A stretch of DNA of 64,000 nucleotides from an uncultured Pelagibacteraceae bacterium (GCA_902560855.1 CACENJ010000003.1:16180-80179), one strand, 5' to 3'. Numbered from the stretch's first letter, positions 35,943 to 45,296 are shown. Program-made: numbers and translations. Notes: generated by a model from the letters alone, not told the origin.

Positions 35943-36991
35943 TTAAGTTCCACCTGTGCCTTCCGATCAGTCTCATCAACTACTTCACCAAATCTCTCGG
36001 GATATTTTTCTCTGAGCCAACCCATAATTCCTTCTGGAAAATAAATTACAATTACAACAATCAATACTCCGAGAGCAACATACTGCCATCCGAGAAAGAA
36101 AGTCCAGAAACCTTCTTTGAATATATGAAATACGCTCGCTCCAATAATCGGTCCCCACAAAGTTCCTTTGCCGCCTAGTATTGCCATTAAAACCATGAAC
36201 ACTCCCATCTCTCTTCCATCAAATGCAACATCAGTTGAGTCAATATATCCAACAAGTCCTCCCATTATTCCACCTGCAAGGCCACAAAAAAATGCTGAAA
36301 TCATCCAACCAATAATTTTATATTTCATTGTTTGAATTCCCATTGCTTCAGCTTTGTCTTCATTATCTCTTATTGCATTTAGGACTAATTTAAATCTGGT
36401 TGAGTAAATAGATTTAACCACGATAAATGTGAGCACGAGTGAAATAAAACTACAAAAATAAAAAAATTCTCCTCTTGCTTCTAAACCTCCGAAGTCAGGA
36501 AAAGGTGGAGTTGTAAATCCTTGTCCCGCTCCAATGATTTCTATTCCACCTGAAATTTCACCAGCAGCAACACCTAAACCCAATGTACAAATTGCAAAAT
36601 AATGTCCTCTTAATCCTAAAATTGAATATCCTATTAATCCAGCAACTATTGCTGGTACAACTGCAGCAACGGCTAAACCAACACCAAAGCCTTGGAAAAA
36701 CTGAGCGGGTGTATGAACGAATGTTTTTTCTCCACCGCTTTCGGTCCATTCTGCTAAAGGAAAAAACATTCCCACCTGGACAGATGCACAAAGATACATA
36801 CCTAATCCATAAAATAAAATATTACCAAACGAATTATATCCCATCTCTCCGCCTTGAATATTCCAAGTTATTGCTAAAATTATTAAAACACAAAGTATTG
36901 ATAATTGAACTTTGAATGCAGGAAATATAAATGGCGCAACTACTCCAAAGATCAGTATGACTGTGTATAAAATTAAGTTATTTTTTTTCAT
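35939..36991 (-). CDS. livM: ABC permease LivM-like (system 2)
   Basis: WNIQGGEMGYNSFG, LRGHYFAICTL, AIRDNEDKAEAMG, LGGKGTLWGP. Confidence 0.9.
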   Translation of the reverse strand: MKKNNLILYTVILIFGVVAPFIFPAFKVQLSILCVLIILAITWNIQGGEMGYNSFGNILFYGLGMYLCASVQVGMFFPLAEWTESGGEKTFVHTPAQFFQGFGVGLAVAAVVPAIVAGLIGYSILGLRGHYFAICTLGLGVAAGEISGGIEIIGAGQGFTTPPFPDFGGLEARGEFFYFCSFISLVLTFIVVKSIYSTRFKLVLNAIRDNEDKAEAMGIQTMKYKIIGWMISAFFCGLAGGIMGGLVGYIDSTDVAFDGREMGVFMVLMAILGGKGTLWGPIIGASVFHIFKEGFWTFFLGWQYVALGVLIVVIVIYFPEGIMGWLREKYPERFGEVVDETDRKAQVELK

Positions 36992-37819
36992 TTAATATTT
37001 TCCTTTTTTTTGTGCATTATTATAAAAAATTTTTGATAACTCTTTGTTTGCTTGTATGCGTATTGCAACATCTTCTTTGCTCATTAAATCTACAGGTCTT
37101 TTTGTGTGTTTGTGATGCTTAAATGAATCTTTTCCGCGTGCTTGTTGCACATAAACTTTTCCAATGACTTGGTCAACATTAGTTCCTATATAACTTTGAA
37201 TTACAAAACCAATTCTTCTAGTATTGCTTTTATTGGGACCAGAACCATGTACAATCATCGGATGGTGTAGTGATAATTGTCCAGCTTTAAGCACGTTAGG
37301 TATCGTTTTATTAAGTGGTACATCTTGTACGGTTTGACCTCGAGTTAATAAGTTATTTTCATTAAATGTATCTACATGTTCTTGAATTTTATTTTTATGT
37401 GATCCCGGCCACATTCTCATACAGCCATTATTTTCGTTTGAATCTGTAATAGCCAACCATGCTGTTACCCAGTTATATGGTTCAAAGCCAATATATTTTG
37501 CATCTTGGTGCCAACTAACAAATCCTTTATTATCTGGATCTTTTATAAATAATGTAGTTCCTCCTACCAATATATCTTTTCCAATAATGCTTTCTACTGC
37601 ATCTAAAATTTTAGAATTATGGCAAACTTGGTCAAAAATAGGAGATATATAATGAACATTATTCCTTCCCAGTCCAACAAGTTCTTCGGGCCATTTTTTT
37701 TCTATAAATTCTATCTCTTTTTTTATTTCTTTAGTTTCTTCTAAAGATAAAACATCAATAGGTGCTACATATCCCTTTTCTTTATAATCTGTAAGTTGTT
37801 TTGCATTTAAATTATTCAT
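36992..37819 (-). CDS. phytanoyl-CoA dioxygenase (PhyH) family Fe(II)/2OG enzyme
   Basis: WHQDAKY (HxD), TAWLAI, NGCM..PGSH, VHGSGPN, RRIG. Confidence 0.88.
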   Translation of the reverse strand: MNNLNAKQLTDYKEKGYVAPIDVLSLEETKEIKKEIEFIEKKWPEELVGLGRNNVHYISPIFDQVCHNSKILDAVESIIGKDILVGGTTLFIKDPDNKGFVSWHQDAKYIGFEPYNWVTAWLAITDSNENNGCMRMWPGSHKNKIQEHVDTFNENNLLTRGQTVQDVPLNKTIPNVLKAGQLSLHHPMIVHGSGPNKSNTRRIGFVIQSYIGTNVDQVIGKVYVQQARGKDSFKHHKHTKRPVDLMSKEDVAIRIQANKELSKIFYNNAQKKGKY

Positions 37820-38709
37820 TTTAAATACTCTCTTTTTTTAGATAATTTAAACCTTCTATAAACTAAAATTAAAACTAGTAATAAAAACACAGACCCAATT
37901 CTAAATTCAGTACCTAGTATATAATCTGCAAATTCTTCAAAAACTCCTAAGCCCATTCCAGAAATTGCTACGCCTGGCAAGTTTCCTAGTCCCGCAACAA
38001 TTACAATCATAAAAGACCTAATTGTGTATGGTAATCCCATATAAGGATGAATAGTAAATGTAATTGAAATAAGTGCTCCGGCTACTCCGCATAGAGCTGC
38101 GTTTATTCCAAAAGTAGCAGCATAAACTTTTTCAGTGTCGACACCTAAAATCTTTGCTGCTCTTGCATTTTGGGCTGTTGCTCTGATCGCTCGTCCAAGC
38201 TTTGATTTTTTCATATAAATCACTAAACAAATTGCAAAAACAATACTTACAAATGCAGAAAATATTTTCGAATTTGGTAAAACAACATTGCCATCAAATA
38301 AAAAAGTTGTTCCATAACCTGAATTAGCAAGTACTACGTCCGCACCGAATGCAAAATTCATTAGTTGCATAAAAAGAATACTTATTCCAAATGTTGCAAG
38401 AATTGAGATAAATAAATCTCTATCAACAACTTTATTGATTACTAATTTATAAAGTCCAACACCAACAAAATACATTATGATTGGCGAAACAATTACTCCC
38501 CAAGCAGGATGAATTCCATACAGGTACATAAAATATGCAATGTACCCTCCTAAAATAACTAAATCACCTTGAGCAATGTTTATGATATTCATCACTCCCC
38601 ATTGAAGAGCCATACCATAAGCAATCAATGCAAATAAAATTCCAAGAAGTATTCCATCCAAGCAAGCTTGAACGCTAATCATTGGATATTGGAAAACCAT
38701 AAAATCCAT
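37816..38709 (-). CDS. livH: ABC permease LivH-like (system 2)
   Basis: GVMNIINIAQG, LGRAIRATAQN, AGLGNLPG. Confidence 0.9.
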   Translation of the reverse strand: MDFMVFQYPMISVQACLDGILLGILFALIAYGMALQWGVMNIINIAQGDLVILGGYIAYFMYLYGIHPAWGVIVSPIIMYFVGVGLYKLVINKVVDRDLFISILATFGISILFMQLMNFAFGADVVLANSGYGTTFLFDGNVVLPNSKIFSAFVSIVFAICLVIYMKKSKLGRAIRATAQNARAAKILGVDTEKVYAATFGINAALCGVAGALISITFTIHPYMGLPYTIRSFMIVIVAGLGNLPGVAISGMGLGVFEEFADYILGTEFRIGSVFLLLVLILVYRRFKLSKKREYLK

Positions 38710-38720
38710 AATTTACCCTT

Positions 38721-38753
38721 AAAAAAAAATACCCCCTAGAGTTTAGGGGGTAT
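38721..38753 (-). terminator. intra-operon Rho-independent terminator after the SBP gene
   Basis: ATACCCCCTA-gagtt-TAGGGGGTAT stem, followed on the minus strand by a U8-9 tract. Confidence 0.85.
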
Positions 38754-38767
38754 CTATAGATTAGTTA

Positions 38768-40006
38768 TTATCTTTCAGACCACTTTGGTATTGGATGAAT
38801 CAACTCAGCAGATGCCCACTTAAGTGGAGCAACAACTTTGTTTTCACATTTTCCAGCACTATCACACATAACTTGGAATAATACCATCGGTTTAGAAACA
38901 TTTTGACCACCTGGAGCAAATTTTATGTTTCCATAAAAAGTTTGCATATCAGTAGCAGCAAGAGCGTCTCTTACTTTCTTTTGATCGAAAGAATTTGCTC
39001 TTTCAAATGCATCCTTGAAAACCAATAAAGCAGCTGAAGATTCAGCAGCTTGATATGGTGGTGCGTATCCAAACATTTTATTAAAGTCTGCATCATACGT
39101 CATTCCATCTTTAAACCACTTATCTTTGTAGGTTAAAGTTTTGTGCCATTGAGAAGCACATAAAGCGTATTGAGAGTTTTTACCATGTTGTTTAGATAGT
39201 TTTGCAGCATCACAGTGTGTCATTGCAAGCATTGGAACGTCAACTTTCATCTCAGATATTTGTCTGATAGCAGTCAAAGCTCCTTTTGTATGACCTGATA
39301 CAACAAGTACATCTGGCTTCATTTGTTTTACTTTAACTAAAGTCGCTGCCATATCATTAAGTTCTTTTGGCAATTTGTCGTCAATTATGATTTCAGATCC
39401 AGTGTCTTTAGCGGCATCTAAAATACCCAATCTAACGTCTTGAGAAAAAGCATCTTGTTCAAAAGCTTGAGCAATTTTCACTCCTTTACCACCATTTAAT
39501 TCAACAGCAGTTCTAATAGCTACGTCTAGATATAAATTTGCTGGTGCTAACACTGCAAATAAATATTTGTATCCTTTAGTAAATAAAGATCTAGATGCAC
39601 CATTCGCTTCTACCATTGGTACTCCATACTTTTCAGTAACTGGAGCCATAGCTTTGGTTAATCCTGAACTGTAAGGTCCAAGCATAAACTCAACACCATC
39701 TTGACTAATTAATCGTTCTGCAAGTTGAGCTGCTCTCTTAGGATTTGACTCATCATCGTAGTATATGATTTCAAATTTATAAGTTTTTCCACCAACTTTA
39801 ATTCCACCCATGCTGTTTATTCTCTCAACAGCCATGTTGTAACCGTTTTGAGTGTGAACACCATTCGATGAATATTTGCCTGTTAGCGAAACAGCTGCAC
39901 CTAATACAATTTTATCACCAACTACTTTTGCAAACGATACAACAGTTGTTGATAATAGAAGTGCTATTGCAGAAACAAATGTAATTATAATGTTTTTTAT
40001 TTTCAT
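38768..40006 (-). CDS. livJ: LivK/LivJ-type ABC substrate-binding protein (system 2)
   Basis: Signal peptide; GAAVSLTG, YDDES, LGPYSSGLT, VRDALAA..TFYG. Confidence 0.88.
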   Translation of the reverse strand: MKIKNIIITFVSAIALLLSTTVVSFAKVVGDKIVLGAAVSLTGKYSSNGVHTQNGYNMAVERINSMGGIKVGGKTYKFEIIYYDDESNPKRAAQLAERLISQDGVEFMLGPYSSGLTKAMAPVTEKYGVPMVEANGASRSLFTKGYKYLFAVLAPANLYLDVAIRTAVELNGGKGVKIAQAFEQDAFSQDVRLGILDAAKDTGSEIIIDDKLPKELNDMAATLVKVKQMKPDVLVVSGHTKGALTAIRQISEMKVDVPMLAMTHCDAAKLSKQHGKNSQYALCASQWHKTLTYKDKWFKDGMTYDADFNKMFGYAPPYQAAESSAALLVFKDAFERANSFDQKKVRDALAATDMQTFYGNIKFAPGGQNVSKPMVLFQVMCDSAGKCENKVVAPLKWASAELIHPIPKWSER

Positions 40007-40099
40007 TTATTTCCCCTATTAATTAATTATTAGAGACTATTAAACTAAGGATTCGATTTTATTTCAAGTTACAGTGTGAATTAAAAATTCCTAGTACTG

Positions 40100-40705
40100 C
40101 TAAGTTATTGCAATTATAATTGCAATAATTAATAAAACACACGCTGAAATTGTATTTATAACTTTTGGATTTGTTTTTAACCACACTATTAATTTATTTG
40201 CTAGAATTGCGTATCCAATTAAAGATAGAAAATCTAAAACCATATATGTTGTTATTAAAATAATAAATTGAGAAACATAATTTGAACTAAAATCAATAAA
40301 TTGTGGAAAAATTAGTGGAAAAAACATCCAAGCTTTTGGACTAGTTCCTGCAACTAAAAAACCGTCTTTAAAGAAGGAAAAAATATTTTTTTCAGAATAG
40401 TTTTTAGAATTTATTTCTTGGGGTTTGATTTTGTAAATATCATAAGAAAGATAAATTAAATAAAGTATACCGATCCATTTAAAAAAGTTTAAAAAATTTG
40501 GATTATCATAAAAAAAAGATCCTATAACAAATATAACTAAAGTTCCTTGCACAAAATTTGCAGTAACATCGCCTAAGGCTGTCCATATACACTTGGCAAC
40601 TCCGTAATTCATAGAATATGAAATGATTACAATCCTGGGTGTTCCTGGAGTAATAAAAAGGAATAAAATTATTTGAAGAAAAAGAAAATAATTAAGGGGA
40701 AACAT
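40100..40705 (-). CDS. rhtB: LysE/RhtB family translocator
   Basis: LFITPG, KWIGILYLIYL, GFLVAGTSPKAWMFF..FPQF. Confidence 0.85.
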   Translation of the reverse strand: MFPLNYFLFLQIILFLFITPGTPRIVIISYSMNYGVAKCIWTALGDVTANFVQGTLVIFVIGSFFYDNPNFLNFFKWIGILYLIYLSYDIYKIKPQEINSKNYSEKNIFSFFKDGFLVAGTSPKAWMFFPLIFPQFIDFSSNYVSQFIILITTYMVLDFLSLIGYAILANKLIVWLKTNPKVINTISACVLLIIAIIIAIT

Positions 40706-40713
40706 TTTATTTG

Positions 40714-40760
40714 GATAGCCCTAAAAAACCGGGAGCTAAAAATGGCTAGATAGGACTATC
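40714..40760 (-). ncRNA. bulged hairpin immediately upstream of rhtB (probably the SAR11 'rhtB' candidate RNA motif)
   Basis: Minus strand GAUAGUCCUA...AGCC..GGUU...UAGGGCUAUC: 10-bp outer stem plus 4-bp inner stem, ending 8 nt before the AUG. Identity with the published Pelagibacter rhtB motif is from recall. Confidence 0.55.
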
Positions 40761-40789
40761 TATATGTAATATATCAAAGCCAAAACAAA

Positions 40790-41083
40790 ATGAAAAGATC
40801 TAGTTATCCAATAACCCGCGTCAAAAAACCTGAGCCTAATTCAGATAGTCCAAATTGGGTTATTTGGGCAGCCTGGTCTGATAGGATTACTTTTGAAGAG
40901 ATAAAAGAAAGAACTAGAAAATCTGAGAAAGATGTTATTAAGATTATGAGAAAATCTTTAAAAGCAAATTCTTTTAAACTTTGGAGAAAAAGAGTTAAAA
41001 ATAAAAGCATAAAACATAGAAAAAAATTTAAATTTGATAGAAAAGAAATAAGAAGAAAAATAAATAAAAATGACTATATATAA
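40790..41083 (+). CDS. TIGR03643/DUF2805 family small basic protein
   Basis: WVIWAAWSDRITFEEI..SEKDVIKIMR..SFKLWRKRV. Confidence 0.8.
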   Translation: MKRSSYPITRVKKPEPNSDSPNWVIWAAWSDRITFEEIKERTRKSEKDVIKIMRKSLKANSFKLWRKRVKNKSIKHRKKFKFDRKEIRRKINKNDYI

Positions 41084-41086
41084 AAT

Positions 41087-41341
41087 ATGAAAAGCGTAAC
41101 TGTTTATATGGGACCCAGATGTAATTTTTGTGATGCTGCAAAAAGGCTTCTAAATAGAAACAATATTCCATTTAATGAAATTAATATTGCTTTTGAAGAA
41201 GGAAAAAGAGAAGAAATGTTAAGTAAATCAAATGGTAGAAAAACTATACCACAAATATTTTTTAATGAAATTCATGTGGGCGGTTACGAAGAATTAAGAG
41301 CTCTTGAAAAAAAAGGTGAATTACTTAATTTAGTTAAATAA
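41087..41341 (+). CDS. grxC: glutaredoxin 3
   Basis: CNFC, GRKTIPQIF, HVGGYEEL. Confidence 0.9.
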   Translation: MKSVTVYMGPRCNFCDAAKRLLNRNNIPFNEINIAFEEGKREEMLSKSNGRKTIPQIFFNEIHVGGYEELRALEKKGELLNLVK

Positions 41342-42133
41342 TTATTCTATTGTTATAGTTACAACAGGTTCAGCGTTATCCACCATGCACAATGTACCAA
41401 CGTCATGAGCCACAATAGAATTTTTAGTTCCAAAAGATATGTCAATTGTTGGCGTTACCATGCTTACAGTAAAAGGTTTGGTTAATAAATAAGTCATCAC
41501 GTGGTCAGGATTAGTGCTGCCATCGGCATGTTGTGTTTGGGCTGTTGCAGATCCTGTGCCTTGATTGTAAGTCATGGTCACATCCGCAGATTGATTGCTA
41601 CATGCCGCATTATTACAACGAGTATAATTATCACTTACAAGAGTGTTTTCCATTTCCTGTGCCGTACCCGATGCAGCTACAACAGGTTTATAAGTGTATT
41701 TCTCTGTTCCAGTGTGAGATCCTCCAGGATAATTAGCACTTGTTCCAGCTGTTCTAGTTGAACAAGTGGTTCCTCCGTCACTTCTTGCAGTACCTTTTAT
41801 TGTAAATGTTCTATCTATTGTAACTCTCATATGAGTATAAGTTTCTCCAAGTGGTAAAAGAGTTGCATCACCATATGTAGCGGCTGCCATACCAGCGCCC
41901 ACAGCTGCAATGTCTACTACTTTAACTCCATTTCCAATTGTTACTGCGCCTGTACATGTTGCAGTATTAGTCATATTACTTTTATCTGGAGTACTTCCAG
42001 TGCACAATTCTACTTTTTTCATTGTTACCTTGTAAGTCAAAGCTTTATCTGTGCCATGGTCTGCTACAGCAAAAACCGAAGTAAAAAAATACATTGCTAT
42101 TAAACTTAGTATTAGTGATAAATATTTTTTCAT
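41342..42133 (-). CDS. exported Thr/Gly-rich, Cys-containing hypothetical protein
   Basis: Signal peptide MKKYLSLILSLIAMYFFTSVFA; 6 Cys; beta-rich pattern; ends PVVTITIE. Confidence 0.75.
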   Translation of the reverse strand: MKKYLSLILSLIAMYFFTSVFAVADHGTDKALTYKVTMKKVELCTGSTPDKSNMTNTATCTGAVTIGNGVKVVDIAAVGAGMAAATYGDATLLPLGETYTHMRVTIDRTFTIKGTARSDGGTTCSTRTAGTSANYPGGSHTGTEKYTYKPVVAASGTAQEMENTLVSDNYTRCNNAACSNQSADVTMTYNQGTGSATAQTQHADGSTNPDHVMTYLLTKPFTVSMVTPTIDISFGTKNSIVAHDVGTLCMVDNAEPVVTITIE

Positions 42134-42155
42134 ATTTTTTCAATTCCCAAAAAAA

Positions 42156-43022
42156 TTAATCTGTCCTTGATACTGTTGCGCTTGATTTAAATTCTATCAT
42201 AATTTTATTTGATCTTTTTACTTTGCTCAATAACTCTCCTGACATATCTTTGTTTTCTTTCCAAGGAGTGTCGCTCTTACCATCTAACGCTGTAGGTCCT
42301 TCTGTTCCTGGGTGTACAAATTGTAATTTTGAATACCATTCGTCTTCGAGACCTGCTTTATCTTTATCGTCAAAAGCTAACTCAAAATTAAAATTTGGAG
42401 TAAGTTGCATCTCGGTACCTATTTTTTTTCCTTTTATATCATCTCTGGTTACACCATCCCATTTATAAGAGTTTATATAAGCTGTTGCCCAATGCAAATG
42501 AGGTATTTGCGAACTCAATTGAAGTTCGCTTCCATCTAAAACGTTTTCTTCATTATAATCATCACCAAGAGCTTCGTAAATGTTGTAATTAAATTCTAGA
42601 ACAGCCGATCTTGCTTCAAAACCTAAACTTGTTCTAAAATGTTTTGTATCAGGGTCATAATCATAAAAGTTATTTATACCAATCATTAATGTATTGTCGT
42701 TTGTAAGCTTTCTTGTTCCAAGTCCAATATTTCCAATATATCTTTCATCTGCGTTATTACCTGTTCCCGATTCTGTATTAATTATAGAAAATTGTGTAAA
42801 TATAGTACCATCATCTATCGGAGCAACTTCTCTTACTCCCAAAATACTAAAATTTGGACTGTAACCTTCTCTTAAATCAATGCCCACCTCGGTATGTCCT
42901 TCGCCGGGAATTAATCCAGCAGCAAATTCAGAAATTTTACCTGATACATTTTGAAGTAGTTCGTCGGCATTTGAAGCAAATGTAAAAGATATAAAAATAA
43001 TTGATAAAATTAACTTTTTCAT
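42156..43022 (-). CDS. inverse autotransporter (intimin/invasin) beta-barrel-only outer membrane protein
   Basis: Signal peptide; NIGLGTR..MIGINNFYDYD..RTSLGFEA, VLDGSEL, and linker KVKRSNKIMIEF (cf. invasin V(D/E)RNNNI(V/I)LEY). No passenger domain. Confidence 0.72.
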   Translation of the reverse strand: MKKLILSIIFISFTFASNADELLQNVSGKISEFAAGLIPGEGHTEVGIDLREGYSPNFSILGVREVAPIDDGTIFTQFSIINTESGTGNNADERYIGNIGLGTRKLTNDNTLMIGINNFYDYDPDTKHFRTSLGFEARSAVLEFNYNIYEALGDDYNEENVLDGSELQLSSQIPHLHWATAYINSYKWDGVTRDDIKGKKIGTEMQLTPNFNFELAFDDKDKAGLEDEWYSKLQFVHPGTEGPTALDGKSDTPWKENKDMSGELLSKVKRSNKIMIEFKSSATVSRTD

Positions 43023-43074
43023 ATTTTGGTAAAAATTAACTTTTTTTTAAATTAAATTCAAATTTATTATTAAG

Positions 43075-43446
43075 CTATTTTTCCTTAAATATAAGGCATA
43101 TTCCGTTGTTACAATATCTCTTGCCTGAAGGTTCGGGGCCATCATCAAAAATATGACCATGATGAGCACCACAATTTTTACAATGATATTCTGTTCTAGC
43201 GTAGCCAAGTAAATAGTCTGTTTTAGTTTCAAAAACTCCTGGCAAAGCTTCAGAAAATGATGGCCAACCAGAACCACTTTCAAATTTAGCAGTTGATTTA
43301 AAAAGTTCTATACCACAATTGGCACAATGATAACTTCCTTCTCTTTTTTCATAATTCAATGGACTAGATCCAGGAAGTTCTGTACCTTCTTCAAACATTA
43401 CTTTTTCTTGCTCAGCTGTTAATTTAATATTTATTCTTTTTGGCAT
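43075..43446 (-). CDS. msrB: peptide methionine (R)-sulfoxide reductase
   Basis: GTE, CANC, KFESGSGWPSF, CKNC.AHHGHIFDDGP, RYCNNG. Confidence 0.95.
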   Translation of the reverse strand: MPKRINIKLTAEQEKVMFEEGTELPGSSPLNYEKREGSYHCANCGIELFKSTAKFESGSGWPSFSEALPGVFETKTDYLLGYARTEYHCKNCGAHHGHIFDDGPEPSGKRYCNNGICLIFKEK

Positions 43447-43449
43447 TGT

Positions 43450-44400
43450 TTATTCAATTTTCCTAATAGCTTTACCAGTAACACAAGCTTCTAAATTTTC
43501 AAACATTTGTGTATAAAAAATAGAATAGTTTTCCGCTGTTACATAACCTATATGAGGAACTAACAAAGCATTTGGCAAAAAACGTAGCTTGTGATCTGAT
43601 GGTAATGGTTCTTTTTCGTAAACATCTAAACCTGCTCCAGCTATCACATTTGTTGATAAAGCAATAATTAAATCATCTTCATTTACAATTTGACCTCTGG
43701 AAGTATTAATTAAGAAAGCAGTTTTCTTCATAATATCAAATTCTTTTAGCTTAATTAAATCTTTATAACGATCTCCTAATACTACATGAATTGAAATAAA
43801 ATCAGATGTTTTTAACAAATCTTCTTTACTAACAGGCAAAACTTCTAATTCTTTACACTTATTTAAATCTAAATTTTCACTCCAGACAACAACTTGCATA
43901 CCAAATGCTTTTGCTATTTTAGCCACCTGTGAACCAATTTTCCCAAGGCCAATTAAACCTAAAATTTTACCTTTTAACTCTACCCCAATAGTTGTTTGCC
44001 AATAACCTTGAAACATATTATCAATTTCTGGCTTAATATTTCTTGCCAATCCTAAAATTAAAGCCCAAGTTAATTCTGCTGCTGGATTTGAATTAATTTC
44101 AGTACCGGAAACAATTATTTTTTTTTCTTTTGTCGCTTGTAGATCAATAGCTTTATTTCTCATTCCACTTGTAATTATAAATTTTAATTTTTTTAAATTA
44201 TTTATTAAATTTTTTGAAATTAAAGTTCTTTCTCTCATGATTAAAAGAGCTTCAAATTCTTTTAATTTCTGAATAGCTTCTTCTTCATTTTTAAATGGTT
44301 CGCTAAAAATCTTTATTTCATATTTTCCCGATAATTTTTTTAAATCTACAAACTCTTGGGATACATTTTGATAATCGTCTAATATTGCAACTTTAAGCAT
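43450..44400 (-). CDS. D-2-hydroxyacid dehydrogenase family protein
   Basis: ILDDYQ, MRERT, GLIGLGKIG, INTSRG, LDVYEKEPL, PHIGY. Confidence 0.9.
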   Translation of the reverse strand: MLKVAILDDYQNVSQEFVDLKKLSGKYEIKIFSEPFKNEEEAIQKLKEFEALLIMRERTLISKNLINNLKKLKFIITSGMRNKAIDLQATKEKKIIVSGTEINSNPAAELTWALILGLARNIKPEIDNMFQGYWQTTIGVELKGKILGLIGLGKIGSQVAKIAKAFGMQVVVWSENLDLNKCKELEVLPVSKEDLLKTSDFISIHVVLGDRYKDLIKLKEFDIMKKTAFLINTSRGQIVNEDDLIIALSTNVIAGAGLDVYEKEPLPSDHKLRFLPNALLVPHIGYVTAENYSIFYTQMFENLEACVTGKAIRKIE

Positions 44401-45292
44401 TTAATTTTTTTTTATTTGATAATGTTATGCCTGCTACAATGAATGCAGCTCCAAGAATGTGGTAAAACATAAATTTTTCTTTAAATATAATCATTGCCAT
44501 TATAGCTCCAAAAATTGGCATCAAATGCAAAAAAACACCTGCTCTGTTTGCTCCAATTATTGCTATGCCTTTAATCCAAAAAAAGAATGCGGCAAGACCT
44601 GGAAGCAAAACGACGTAAGCTAACGTTAAATAAAATGGTTTACCCAATTTTATCAAGTGTCCTGTATTCATTTCAATAAAATAAATAGGTATTAAAAATA
44701 CTAAACCTGAAATTATAACAACCTCAAGTAAAGTAATTTGTGAAATTTCATATTTTCTTTTTTTTAATAATGCTGAATAAAGCGCCCAAGAAAACATTGC
44801 TATTGCCATGGTTAAATCACCTTTGTTAAAATCTAAATTTTTAATTAAATTTATATCTGCTTTCGTAATAATAAAAATAACTCCAGTTAATGAAAGCGCG
44901 ACTCCTATAATTTGAAAAATATTAGTTTTTTCAACATTTAAAATTGAAGAAATGAAAATAATCCAGACGGGTATGGTTGATATCATTAATACCCCGCTTA
45001 TAACTTGAGTATAATACAGCGAATAGTAAACTATAGAATTAAATATAGTTATGCTTGTAATGCCTAAAATAATAAAAAAACCAATATTATTAAAAATATA
45101 ATTTCTTTTGTTGATTATTTCTTTTAGAGTAAAAGGTAACAAAATTAATCCAGCAAAAAACCATCTAAAAAAATTAAGAGAAAAAGGTGGAATTTCGTAC
45201 ATACTTGCAGCTTTACCAACTATAAAATTTCCTGACCAAAAAATTGTCGTAAGTATCAATAAAAAGTAAGCTAAGTTATTTTTGTTATCCAC
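44393..45292 (-). CDS. DMT/EamA family transporter
   Basis: FWSGNFIVGK, PPFSLNFFRW, NKGDL, IGANRAG. GTG start. Confidence 0.88.
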   Translation of the reverse strand: MDNKNNLAYFLLILTTIFWSGNFIVGKAASMYEIPPFSLNFFRWFFAGLILLPFTLKEIINKRNYIFNNIGFFIILGITSITIFNSIVYYSLYYTQVISGVLMISTIPVWIIFISSILNVEKTNIFQIIGVALSLTGVIFIITKADINLIKNLDFNKGDLTMAIAMFSWALYSALLKKRKYEISQITLLEVVIISGLVFLIPIYFIEMNTGHLIKLGKPFYLTLAYVVLLPGLAAFFFWIKGIAIIGANRAGVFLHLMPIFGAIMAMIIFKEKFMFYHILGAAFIVAGITLSNKKKLNA

Positions 45293-45296
45293 GGGA

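Noticed and set aside
36985-37840. Possible degenerate target duplication flanking the PhyH gene (TTCATTT..AATA..TTTTTTT at both ends)
   Set aside because: Short, almost entirely A/T, and explained by Lys-rich C-termini next to start codons; far weaker than the 31236/32326 repeat.
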